A stretch of 25,085 bases of DNA from a virus. Its lineage: Duplodnaviria; Caudoviricetes. The position numbers were made by a program, and so were the translations under genes. The stretch lies in IMG/VR virus record IMGVR_UViG_3300042352_000057, positions 1-25,085 of that record. One strand, given 5' to 3'. Each line of letters begins with the position of its first letter. The stretch's first letter is position 1. Shown here in pieces: positions 16,985-25,085 of the stretch. The notes beneath the pieces were generated by a model. The model saw nothing but the letters and a program-made list of their open reading frames with translations. It searched no databases and was not told the DNA's origin.

Positions 16985-19771
16985 ATGGGTAAGACAATAG
17001 AAGAATTATTTAAGACCAAAGTATTAGCAGATGGTAAAACTGCTGAGCAGAAATATGATATCCGCAATAGTAAGGATTTACCTATAAGTGCGAACACTAC
17101 GGTATTATTAGAACCATCTTTTAAAGCAGCAACTGCAATTAGACGAAAAATATCAACAACCAAAGGTGAAACTAGATTAGAAGAAGAAACAAGTGGATTA
17201 CGAATAATAAATACATTATCAGCACCTTTAATATATGGTACTGATATATTTAAATTTCAAAAAAAATCAACTAGACTAGTTGAAATAATGAAGGATAGTG
17301 TAAATTCCAATAACCCACAAGATGCTGGTATTGTTGGTAACTTCCTTAAAAAAGCAGAAGATTTTGGATTAAAAATTGCTGGTAAATTAGGTATTGCTTT
17401 TCCTGAATCAACTATACCAACAAAGATTTCATTAAACGCAGATTTCAAAGCAGGTAAAGAACCTGATACGATGATTACTCTTGCTAAAATTAAAGGAGAT
17501 TCTAAAGGTAATTTAGTTGGACAAGTTTTAAAGAATAGTGCAAGAGGAACTCCTAAGCAAATTGGTAATCAATTATTGGGAGCAGGTATAAATTTACTTA
17601 AAGGTGAAATAAAGAAAAAATTATTTGGAGCACCTAAGCAGGGTGCACAAAACTTAGCAGGTAAAAGTGACCAAGAAGTACAATACGATAGTTCCGGAAA
17701 ATATTCAGATACTATAAGTCCAACTGATGAAGATTATTTTAAAAGAAATGACCTTTCATCTATTTTAGTTGCACAAGAAACAAAAGCATTAGGTGGCGGC
17801 CCCCGTGTTAATAAAAAAATAGATGAGTTAGTACCAAAATCAAAAGGATTGGATATTCCAAATCCTGGTGGATTATTTTCAAGTGTTAGTGATAAATTTA
17901 AAACAGCAGTTGAAAGTGGAAAAACAAAATTAGCAGAGGCCCAAAAGCAAGGACAACAAGCAATATCGGATGGTAAAACAAAAATAGGCGATACAAAAAA
18001 AGATACACCTGCAGGAGCTAAAGATGCTAATATTACATATTCATCTACAATAGATGCTAAATCGGATGATATTAAATTAAGAAACGATTTATCATCCAAA
18101 TTAGATGGATTAAATACTGCTAATGATGAATCTAAATCTAAAGGTGCGGCCGTAGCTAAACCAGGTGTTCCGGAAGTAGCTCCTGATATATCATTAACAG
18201 GTAAAACATTACCAGTTAAAAATCCATTTGCATCTACCAAAGAAACATTAGATTCAACAACAAAAGATGCAACTGCTAAGTTATCCGAAGGTAGAAAAGA
18301 AGGACAACAAAATTTGGCTGCAAAGGATGAAAAAGCAATAGCGGCCGGAGTAGAATCTAAGCACGATGGTAAAACAAAATATTCAGAGACGGTTGATTCA
18401 TCGCAGGATGATGTTGCATTAAGAAATGATTTATCATCTAAGTTAGCAGCACTAACCGCAGCAACTGCCGATATGAGTACAAGCGCAACATCAGCTGAAA
18501 GACCGGGAGTTACTATTAGTACTTATTCATCATTAAAAGATGCACAAACTCCTAAAGTAACTTTAAAAACAAAATATGGTATTGATAGTAGTGGTAAAAC
18601 TGATTTTGTAAATGAAAAAACTCAATATGCTGGTAGTGAATTAAAAATAGGGCCTGATACATTGGATGATTATGATTTTATAACTTTAAAATTTACATCA
18701 ATTGCAAAAAAGCAATCAGTAAACTTCAGAGCAACTTTATCTGGTATTACAGAAACTACAACACCAAGTTGGGATTCGGCTAAATTTATTGGTTCACCAT
18801 TTCCATATTGGACTTATACTGGTATAGAAAGAAGTGTATCTTTTAATTTTAAAGTATATTCAACTACACCATTACAACATATAGCAGCTTGGCAAAGATT
18901 AAACTTTTTGACATCATTAGCATACCCACAGGGATATGCAGGAAATATAGCAGTACTTGCACCATTCCTTAGAGTTACAATTGGAAATTTATATAAAAAT
19001 AAAGAATGTTTTATTGCACAACTTTCATATACTGTTGATGATAATAGTACTTGGGAAGTTGGACCTGTTGCTGCTATGGGTATGGCTGATAATGAATCAT
19101 TCAAATTGAATGGGGAATCAACATCTTTAGATAATTACAAATTACCAAAAATAATAGATGTTAGTGTAACATTAAACTTTGTGGAATCAAAATCAAATAC
19201 AAAGGATGGTTATTTATATGGATTTGATAAATTACCTAGAGAAATTAGAAAAGGAAAAGATAAAAGTGGTAAAGAAACATCATCAACGTTTACAACAGAA
19301 AATACAGCAACTTCAATAGAAGCTGCAGCTGACTCAAATAATAAAGAAAGTACCGCACAAGCTGAGGCATCTATTAATACAACTACCCCAAAGGTTGATG
19401 CTGTGTCAGCAACTGCACCTGTTAATAATCCTGCTCAAGCAACAACAGCAACACAAACAAATTCTGGTTTGGAAAACGCAGCAGTACCAAAAGTAGAACC
19501 ACCACCAACATATAAAATTGAAGCAAGGGATACTGGCGATGGATATGAAGGAAAAATATATGCTAATGGAAAACTTATACAAACGCAAGGATACGTTAGT
19601 ACATTTGGATATACTTATTCTTATTGGGATGGGCCGATGGGGCAGCAAAAGGAAATTGTAGAAAGATATACAGGAGTTGAGGCTGTAAAGCAATCATTGA
19701 TTAAAACAGGAAAAATGCAAGGTTTTTATGTAGATGGAAAGTTCTATGAAAAAAGTGATAATATAACTTAA
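16985..19771 (+). CDS. Putative baseplate / tail-tube initiator protein (928 aa) with internal repeats
   Basis: Domain FRATLSGITETTTPSW...YTGIERSVSFNFKV...LAYP...PFLRVTIGNLY...LSYT...WE...PKIIDVSVTLNF is a tube-fold baseplate pattern; follows TMP. Confidence 0.65.
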   Translation: MGKTIEELFKTKVLADGKTAEQKYDIRNSKDLPISANTTVLLEPSFKAATAIRRKISTTKGETRLEEETSGLRIINTLSAPLIYGTDIFKFQKKSTRLVEIMKDSVNSNNPQDAGIVGNFLKKAEDFGLKIAGKLGIAFPESTIPTKISLNADFKAGKEPDTMITLAKIKGDSKGNLVGQVLKNSARGTPKQIGNQLLGAGINLLKGEIKKKLFGAPKQGAQNLAGKSDQEVQYDSSGKYSDTISPTDEDYFKRNDLSSILVAQETKALGGGPRVNKKIDELVPKSKGLDIPNPGGLFSSVSDKFKTAVESGKTKLAEAQKQGQQAISDGKTKIGDTKKDTPAGAKDANITYSSTIDAKSDDIKLRNDLSSKLDGLNTANDESKSKGAAVAKPGVPEVAPDISLTGKTLPVKNPFASTKETLDSTTKDATAKLSEGRKEGQQNLAAKDEKAIAAGVESKHDGKTKYSETVDSSQDDVALRNDLSSKLAALTAATADMSTSATSAERPGVTISTYSSLKDAQTPKVTLKTKYGIDSSGKTDFVNEKTQYAGSELKIGPDTLDDYDFITLKFTSIAKKQSVNFRATLSGITETTTPSWDSAKFIGSPFPYWTYTGIERSVSFNFKVYSTTPLQHIAAWQRLNFLTSLAYPQGYAGNIAVLAPFLRVTIGNLYKNKECFIAQLSYTVDDNSTWEVGPVAAMGMADNESFKLNGESTSLDNYKLPKIIDVSVTLNFVESKSNTKDGYLYGFDKLPREIRKGKDKSGKETSSTFTTENTATSIEAAADSNNKESTAQAEASINTTTPKVDAVSATAPVNNPAQATTATQTNSGLENAAVPKVEPPPTYKIEARDTGDGYEGKIYANGKLIQTQGYVSTFGYTYSYWDGPMGQQKEIVERYTGVEAVKQSLIKTGKMQGFYVDGKFYEKSDNIT
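17636..18450 (+). repeat. Three degenerate about 113-aa protein repeats in the 928-aa gene
   Basis: RNDLSS starts at 17744, 18080, 18422 (spacing 336 and 342 nt), each preceded by YSxT(I/V) and K(Q/E)GxQ motifs. Confidence 0.8.
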
Positions 19772-19775
19772 AGAT

Positions 19776-20069
19776 ATGGAAAGTAGATATTACGAATTAG
19801 AAACTAAAAAAACCCACGATGGTAGAGAGGTATATAGACCAAAAATATATCCTAATATTCCATTGAGAGATGATGATGTCTATGTAATGACCGAATTAGG
19901 TGATAGATTGGATACATTAGCATTTCAATATTATCAAGACCCAACCCTTTGGTGGATAATCGCATCAGCAAATAATATACATGATGCACCATTAGGATTC
20001 CCAGAAGAAACAATATTAAGAATTCCATTAAACTATATACAAATAGTAACCGATTTTACAAATAATTAA
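19776..20069 (+). CDS. LysM-like baseplate wedge / tail X-type protein (97 aa)
   Basis: GDRLDTLAFQYYQDPTLWWIIASANNI...ILRIP is the typical LysM-like baseplate motif. Confidence 0.88.
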   Translation: MESRYYELETKKTHDGREVYRPKIYPNIPLRDDDVYVMTELGDRLDTLAFQYYQDPTLWWIIASANNIHDAPLGFPEETILRIPLNYIQIVTDFTNN

Positions 20070-20078
20070 ATAAAGTTT

Positions 20079-22367
20079 ATGTCAGCGTTTCCAAATTTTT
20101 CCAACATCGCAGATTACGTTCAAAAAGAACTAGCCCTTAGAAAAGGAGATACTATGAGAGTGTCTAACTTAAATGCTTGGGTTAGGGTAGCGTCTGGTGT
20201 AGGCGGTGGTTGTCAAATAATATCTAATCCAAACTTTTCTTTATTTGGTGACCCACGTGGTGGAGCAGGCTCAATATATGGTAATGATACAATGAGTGGT
20301 ACAGTTGGTACTACTTGGTATGGAAATTTTATTTCACCATCTGGTGAGTTTCATGGATATAGACCTAAACCAAATATAACTTCAATTGAAGTTGATGAGG
20401 GAGCTGGGAATATTTCTAGAAAAGCAACATTTTCTATAACTTGTTATACAAGAGCACAATTGGATACAATGTGTAAGTATTATTTGGAGCCTGGATATAC
20501 TATATTTTTAGAATGGGGATGGAATACAAATAAAGGAGTATCTCAATATAAGCAAAGATTAACGGGAGATAGTGTTGGTGAAAATCAATCATTTCAAGTT
20601 GTTAATAAGAAAAGAAAAGCATCTGGCGGACACTATGATAATTATTTAGGATTTATAACAGGTGGTAGTGTTTCAATGACAGGACAAGAATGGACAATAA
20701 CTGTAAAGTGTACAGGATTTACAGAACTGCCAGCATTTCTTAATGCAGCTGATAATACCGAAGGTAAAGAAGAAACAACTACTAATAAAGCAGAGGCTTA
20801 TGAATCATCTGATATATCATCTGAACAAGATGTTGGCAAGCAAAGGTTTATGATGGCATTTAATAATTTACCATCCAATAAACAAAGTCTTGAAGTTACT
20901 GAATTATTAAAAGATGTTAATTTTGCATCAACATTAAACTATATAAACGTAGATGAAAATGTAAAAGCTGAAATGAATTCAAAACTAAAAGGAACTAGTT
21001 TTTTTGGATTTACATTTGGAGGTGGGGCAAGTACAGCAGATAAAGGTGGTGATGCAAAAAAAGTAGATTTACCAGAAGGTACTGAACTTATTGGAGATAG
21101 TGGATTTATAAGATTTTCAGTATTATCTGAAGTTTTAAGTAAAATAGGATTTCAGGCATTTAAAGTTGGAAATAAATTAGTTAGTGTTAGAGTAAATACA
21201 AAAAACACTGTGTGTTTTGCATTTCCAAAAATATTTAGTACTGATAAAAATAAATTGTTCATACCAAATCCACAAACACCAAAGTTTTCATTACTACAAG
21301 CATCAGAAAACCAAGCTCAAACCGATTTCACAAACGTAATTGATAATTCAGTTACCGATGGTACTACAAAGGTTAGATTCCCATACGATGAAGCAATAGC
21401 AAATGGTAGTGTTGCAAGTAGAGGACAAATTCAATTCGGAGATGATGGTACATTTGTGGGATTAAATAAACCAGCACTTTCTTATGGATTTTTAGAAGAC
21501 CTTTATGTTAATATGCAATTTGTTAAAGGTATATTAGAAACTAAAAACTTTTCTATAAAAGATGCATTATATCAAATTCTTAATGGTATATCTGGGGCAG
21601 CTGGCGGAGTATGGGATTTTCAAATACAAGAACAAAACTCATCGGATGGCTCTACTGAATTATGTGTAGTTGATATGAATGTAAATCCACAAACATCTGG
21701 AACTCCATATAGATTTGATGTAGCTGGTTCAAATTCTATTTTTATGGATGCTTCATTGGATTTAGATATTAGTGGTGCAAAGATGAATCAAATTATTGGA
21801 AATAGATTAGGACAAAAAGTAAACGGAAGTCAACCTCAGGTAAATAGTAAAAAGAAAAAAGGACTTTTTACGGATTCGGATGATTTGGTTTTAAAAAGTA
21901 TTGAGGGAAAGCAAGCTAAACCAGCAGATAAGGGAACTACAAAAACTCCTACTGCAAAAGAAAAAAGTGAAGCAGCTGAAAAAGCTAAAGAAAAGGCAAT
22001 GCAAATGTTTTTAAGTAAAATTGGGTATGCACCAAAAATTGATTTGATTGCAAGTTCTGATTTTGGAAAAACATTAGAAGAAATGACATATATTACTGCA
22101 TATAATGACCAGTTAGTATTTGAATCATTAAAAAATGGTAATGATGTTGTTAAAGAAGAAAATGGAGTATCTGCATTAATGCCAATTAAATTTAGTTTTA
22201 CTATACATGGTGTGAGTGGTATTAAAAGAGGTGATAAGTTTGCAGTAAATGGTATTCCAAAAGCATATGAACAAACTGGATTTTTTCAAGTAACATCTGT
22301 AAAACATACAATTACTGATATGATTTGGAAAACTGAAATAGAAGGTGGCTTTAGATTACAAAGATAA
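20079..22367 (+). CDS. Putative baseplate hub protein (gp27/gpD-like, 762 aa)
   Basis: Follows LysM gene; PGYTIFLEWGW near N-terminus and C-terminal FTIHGVSGIKRGDKF...FQVTSVKHTI...WKTEIEG match hub-type proteins. Confidence 0.65.
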   Translation: MSAFPNFSNIADYVQKELALRKGDTMRVSNLNAWVRVASGVGGGCQIISNPNFSLFGDPRGGAGSIYGNDTMSGTVGTTWYGNFISPSGEFHGYRPKPNITSIEVDEGAGNISRKATFSITCYTRAQLDTMCKYYLEPGYTIFLEWGWNTNKGVSQYKQRLTGDSVGENQSFQVVNKKRKASGGHYDNYLGFITGGSVSMTGQEWTITVKCTGFTELPAFLNAADNTEGKEETTTNKAEAYESSDISSEQDVGKQRFMMAFNNLPSNKQSLEVTELLKDVNFASTLNYINVDENVKAEMNSKLKGTSFFGFTFGGGASTADKGGDAKKVDLPEGTELIGDSGFIRFSVLSEVLSKIGFQAFKVGNKLVSVRVNTKNTVCFAFPKIFSTDKNKLFIPNPQTPKFSLLQASENQAQTDFTNVIDNSVTDGTTKVRFPYDEAIANGSVASRGQIQFGDDGTFVGLNKPALSYGFLEDLYVNMQFVKGILETKNFSIKDALYQILNGISGAAGGVWDFQIQEQNSSDGSTELCVVDMNVNPQTSGTPYRFDVAGSNSIFMDASLDLDISGAKMNQIIGNRLGQKVNGSQPQVNSKKKKGLFTDSDDLVLKSIEGKQAKPADKGTTKTPTAKEKSEAAEKAKEKAMQMFLSKIGYAPKIDLIASSDFGKTLEEMTYITAYNDQLVFESLKNGNDVVKEENGVSALMPIKFSFTIHGVSGIKRGDKFAVNGIPKAYEQTGFFQVTSVKHTITDMIWKTEIEGGFRLQR

Positions 22368-22378
22368 TATAATATAAA

Positions 22379-22747
22379 ATGGATTTAAACAGATATAACA
22401 CAATATCAAATATAGGTAGTACTTTTGATGAAAGAATAATATCAGCACATATACCAACATTAACTGATTTGGATTATGATAGGGGATATATTGTAAGATA
22501 TTTTATTCAAAAAGCAAATGATACTAATTCTAGAATAACTGAAGTTGATTATATAGGATACAAAAAGTTTTTAGGAAATGCATTTTATACAGCCGCATCT
22601 TTAGATTGGAAAGTAAAAGGAACTGATGCAGAAATAAAAGAATGTAATTTTAAATCAATAAAGACTATTGTTGATAAGATACCATTAATACAATCATATC
22701 TTCCAAATTTACTTCAATTTAAAAAGAAGAAAGATTTGGTACTCTAA
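22379..22747 (+). CDS. Hypothetical protein (122 aa)
   Basis: Intact ORF with DYDRGYIVRYF motif; last gene of the baseplate cluster. Confidence 0.7.
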   Translation: MDLNRYNTISNIGSTFDERIISAHIPTLTDLDYDRGYIVRYFIQKANDTNSRITEVDYIGYKKFLGNAFYTAASLDWKVKGTDAEIKECNFKSIKTIVDKIPLIQSYLPNLLQFKKKKDLVL

Positions 22748-22766
22748 CAAATTATTCGTATATTTA
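22735..22766 (+). promoter_or_regulatory. Bacteroidota-type promoter (one mismatch) for the tmRNA
   Basis: TTTG (22735-22738), 20-nt spacer, TATATTTA (22759-22766) vs consensus TTTG-N19-21-TAnnTTTG; mature tmRNA begins 12 nt later. Confidence 0.55.
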
Positions 22767-22777
22767 CATAATTATAT

Positions 22778-23163
22778 GGGGATGCCATGGACTTGATTGC
22801 AATGAGAATGGTAGTACCACACGTAGACAGAAGTGCTAGATGTCTTTAAATCTGTACAAAACAATAACTGACGAAATGTCAACTATGACCTTTGATTCTA
22901 TGATGGAATTCATTGGGGCTTCTGAGTACGCATACGCTGCTTAGTTCATTCCGCATCACTCGTGGAACATTTAAATAGAAGTGAACAAAACGGAGCTCTA
23001 CCTATCGGCTCTTAAAAACTGATAGGTTGGTGGAAAGCTGTACTAACCATACGGCCCCAATTATTTTGGAAAGTGAATAAGATTAAACTTTACCTAAACG
23101 TGTGATATGCTGGTATTATGATTACTTTGTAAGACAGGGGTTCGATTCCCCTCATCTCCACCA
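22778..23163 (+). ncRNA. ssrA: tmRNA (one-piece, 386 nt)
   Basis: 5' GGGGATG pairs with 3' CATCTCC-A-CCA with a G3-U wobble (Ala identity); T-arm AGGGG-TTCGATT-CCCCT; pk1-like AGACA/TGTCT stem; ATAACT then tag frame 22870-22944 DEMSTMTFDSMMEFIGASEYAYAA-TAG. Confidence 0.95.
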
Positions 23164-23205
23164 AAATCCCATTCTACATTAATTTGGTAGTTTGGGATTT
23201 TTTTT
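23163..23205 (+). terminator. Terminator after tmRNA
   Basis: AAAATCCCA-tt-CTAC...GTAG-tt-TGGGATTTT followed by further Ts. Confidence 0.75.
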
Positions 23206-23214
23206 GTATCTTTG
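23183..23214 (+). promoter_or_regulatory. Consensus Bacteroidota housekeeping promoter for the polymerase gene
   Basis: TTTG (23183-23186), 20-nt spacer, TATCTTTG (23207-23214); ATG at 23220. Confidence 0.75.
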
Positions 23215-23219
23215 TATCT

Positions 23220-24506
23220 ATGAATATTGTTGAGTCTATTCAGGAAATTAATGAATTAAAACAAAAGCTGGAAACGGAAGTATCTATTTGGTATCCATTG
23301 TGGGTAGATAATAGTAAGCATCCGTTAAACACTTCTCTTTCGCTCGTAGTTGTACGATGTTCCGATGGGTTATACATATTACCACATAAACATACAGACG
23401 CTCTATCGCTATCTAATGAAGAAATAGAGACGGTACTTAATACCAACGGACAAAAGTGGGTATTCCAAAAGAAAAAGATATTACATACTCTTAATGTTTC
23501 GGTAAATCTATATGATGTAGATTCGGCATACTTTAGAAAGGAAGCAAAGGTAATTGATTATGAAGCCCCTTTAAATCCTCTCCTTTCAACCCTAACTCAC
23601 AAAGGGTATAGAGATGACTTGATACAATCCCTTCCTCTAATGAAGATTGTAGAAGCAATAGAACCGCAATTCGGTAAGTATTTCCATAATGAACCTTACA
23701 CTACTACTCTTAAGTGGTACAACGAAGTTTTTATACCTACCCTTTCAGATATTGAACAATTCGGAATCCGTGTCGATGGGAAAAAATTTACTGATAGATG
23801 GCCTCAAGCCACTAAACAGCTTTCCTCCGATAATTTAGTGTTTACGGAATACAATCCATTTACGGTGACAGGTAGACCATCCAATAGACATGGTGGTGTG
23901 AACTATGCTGCCCTAAACAAAACCGATGGTAGTAGAGAATGTTTTGTATCGGATGGGATATTCTTACAAATGGATTATAACGCATATCACCCTCGATTGA
24001 TTGGTAAGTTGGTGAACTTCGAACTCCCAACAACCAGTGTGCATGAGTGGTTAGCCGAACAATATGGATGTGATGTGGATGAATCGAAAGGAATTACGTT
24101 CCAATTACTTTATGGTGGTATTGATGATGATTTCCGTAAGATACCATACTTTAATGCGGTAGCTGATTACATTGATAACCTATGGATTGAAACACAAAAG
24201 CAGGGTTACTTACAAACACCTCATAGAGAAATCCCATTGAGCTGGATAGAACAACCAAATGCACAAAAGGTATTCAACTATTTATTACAAGCCGTTGAGA
24301 CTGAGATGAACATTGAGGTTATGAGAAAGATATTGGATTATATAAGAGGTAGTGGTATCCATTTTTGTTTATATACCTATGACTCGTTCCTTTTTGATGT
24401 TCCGACTGATATTGATAAGAGTTTGATTAAAGGATTGAAGGAAATCATTGAAGGAGGTGGTTTTCCTGTTAAGGCTAGTTGGGGTTTGGATTACGGAAAA
24501 CTATAA
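23220..24506 (+). CDS. Short family-A (PolA-like) DNA polymerase, 428 aa (start moved from 23184 to ATG 23220)
   Basis: TVTGRPS, motif A LQMDYNAYHPRLI, motif B KGITFQLLYGG, NYLLQAVETE, motif C YTYDSFLFD. The track start is a TTG inside the terminator/promoter. Confidence 0.85.
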   Translation: MNIVESIQEINELKQKLETEVSIWYPLWVDNSKHPLNTSLSLVVVRCSDGLYILPHKHTDALSLSNEEIETVLNTNGQKWVFQKKKILHTLNVSVNLYDVDSAYFRKEAKVIDYEAPLNPLLSTLTHKGYRDDLIQSLPLMKIVEAIEPQFGKYFHNEPYTTTLKWYNEVFIPTLSDIEQFGIRVDGKKFTDRWPQATKQLSSDNLVFTEYNPFTVTGRPSNRHGGVNYAALNKTDGSRECFVSDGIFLQMDYNAYHPRLIGKLVNFELPTTSVHEWLAEQYGCDVDESKGITFQLLYGGIDDDFRKIPYFNAVADYIDNLWIETQKQGYLQTPHREIPLSWIEQPNAQKVFNYLLQAVETEMNIEVMRKILDYIRGSGIHFCLYTYDSFLFDVPTDIDKSLIKGLKEIIEGGGFPVKASWGLDYGKL

Positions 24507-24545
24507 GAACCCATATTTATAGTATATACAAAAACATGCTATAAT

Positions 24546-25085
24546 ATGAAGAAAATCGTTATCCTTTTTAGTTTTTTAATCCTTTCTTTGGTTTCTTTAG
24601 GACAAAATGTAAGAATTAAAAATAATGTGTTTGAGGTTTTATACTCACAATCGTTAGAACAACCCTTAGTAATTAAGTATCGTTCAACAAACCGTCCTAC
24701 AAATGTGAATAGAGGAGCTATGGATTTTTATAAAGAACCAACAATCAAAACATCAGATGGAGAAGATTATAAAGCAAACATATATGATAAAGGACATGGA
24801 GCACCAGCTGCAACATTTTCTGACAATATGGTAAATCTAAAGCAAACGTTTTCTTATCTAAATTGTATAATGCAGGATAAGTATCTTAATAGAGGTGAAT
24901 GGAGATTATTAGAAGAACAAATCCGCAAATGGGATGATAACGAAAACATTACAGTATTAATAAAAACATTCTTTGATACTCCTGTAAAACGAGTAGCAAC
25001 TGGAGCAGCAATCCCATCTCACTTACAAAAACACATCTATTTTGAAAAACAAAAAAAATGGAAGTGTTATGTATTTCTAAATGAA
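24546..25085 (+). CDS. DNA/RNA non-specific endonuclease (NucA/EndA-type beta-beta-alpha-metal) with signal peptide; runs off the window
   Basis: Read by hand, absent from ORF track: MKKIVILFSFLILSLVSLGQNVRIK...YDKGHGAPAATF...TFSYLNCIMQDKYLNRGEWRLLEEQIR...GAAIPSH; DKGH corresponds to the DRGH motif; open for 180 codons to the end. Confidence 0.9.
   Translation, partial: MKKIVILFSFLILSLVSLGQNVRIKNNVFEVLYSQSLEQPLVIKYRSTNRPTNVNRGAMDFYKEPTIKTSDGEDYKANIYDKGHGAPAATFSDNMVNLKQTFSYLNCIMQDKYLNRGEWRLLEEQIRKWDDNENITVLIKTFFDTPVKRVATGAAIPSHLQKHIYFEKQKKWKCYVFLNE

Noticed and set aside
11073-19693. Short antisense ORFs inside sheath, TMP and baseplate genes
   Set aside because: Antisense to well-supported genes, no recognisable motifs.
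23136-23163. Stand-alone tRNA or attachment-site fragment
   Set aside because: The T-arm and CCA end pair with 22778-22784 as part of the tmRNA; no anticodon arm, integrase or duplicated 3' end seen.
1-25085. Stop-codon reassignment, or a bacterial contractile injection system rather than a phage
   Set aside because: Genes are full length and densely packed under the standard code; tmRNA, phage-type polymerase and fibre/chaperone genes favour a phage, although no capsid gene lies in the window.

Overview
AT-rich, all-plus-strand segment of a large contractile-tailed (myovirus-like) phage genome, most likely infecting a Bacteroidota host (a consensus TTTG-N20-TAnnTTTG promoter, mostly SD-less A-rich starts, a signal peptide followed by Gln). 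Gene order: tail-fibre chaperone (3' fragment), two small virion-type genes, a 2648-aa tail fibre with about 170 proline-free Gly-Thr-Ser triplets, modular head domains and a C-terminal S74 autocleaving chaperone, three small genes, tail sheath, tail tube, a tail-assembly chaperone pair overlapping at a T7 run (candidate +1/-2 frameshift), tape measure, baseplate genes, a complete tmRNA with an unusually long 24-codon tag, a short family-A polymerase with altered catalytic motifs, and the 5' part of a signal-peptide-bearing non-specific endonuclease missed by the ORF track. A motif RTATTTATW precedes nine genes (candidate late promoter). All product calls come from motif recognition by eye and synteny; no database search was run.
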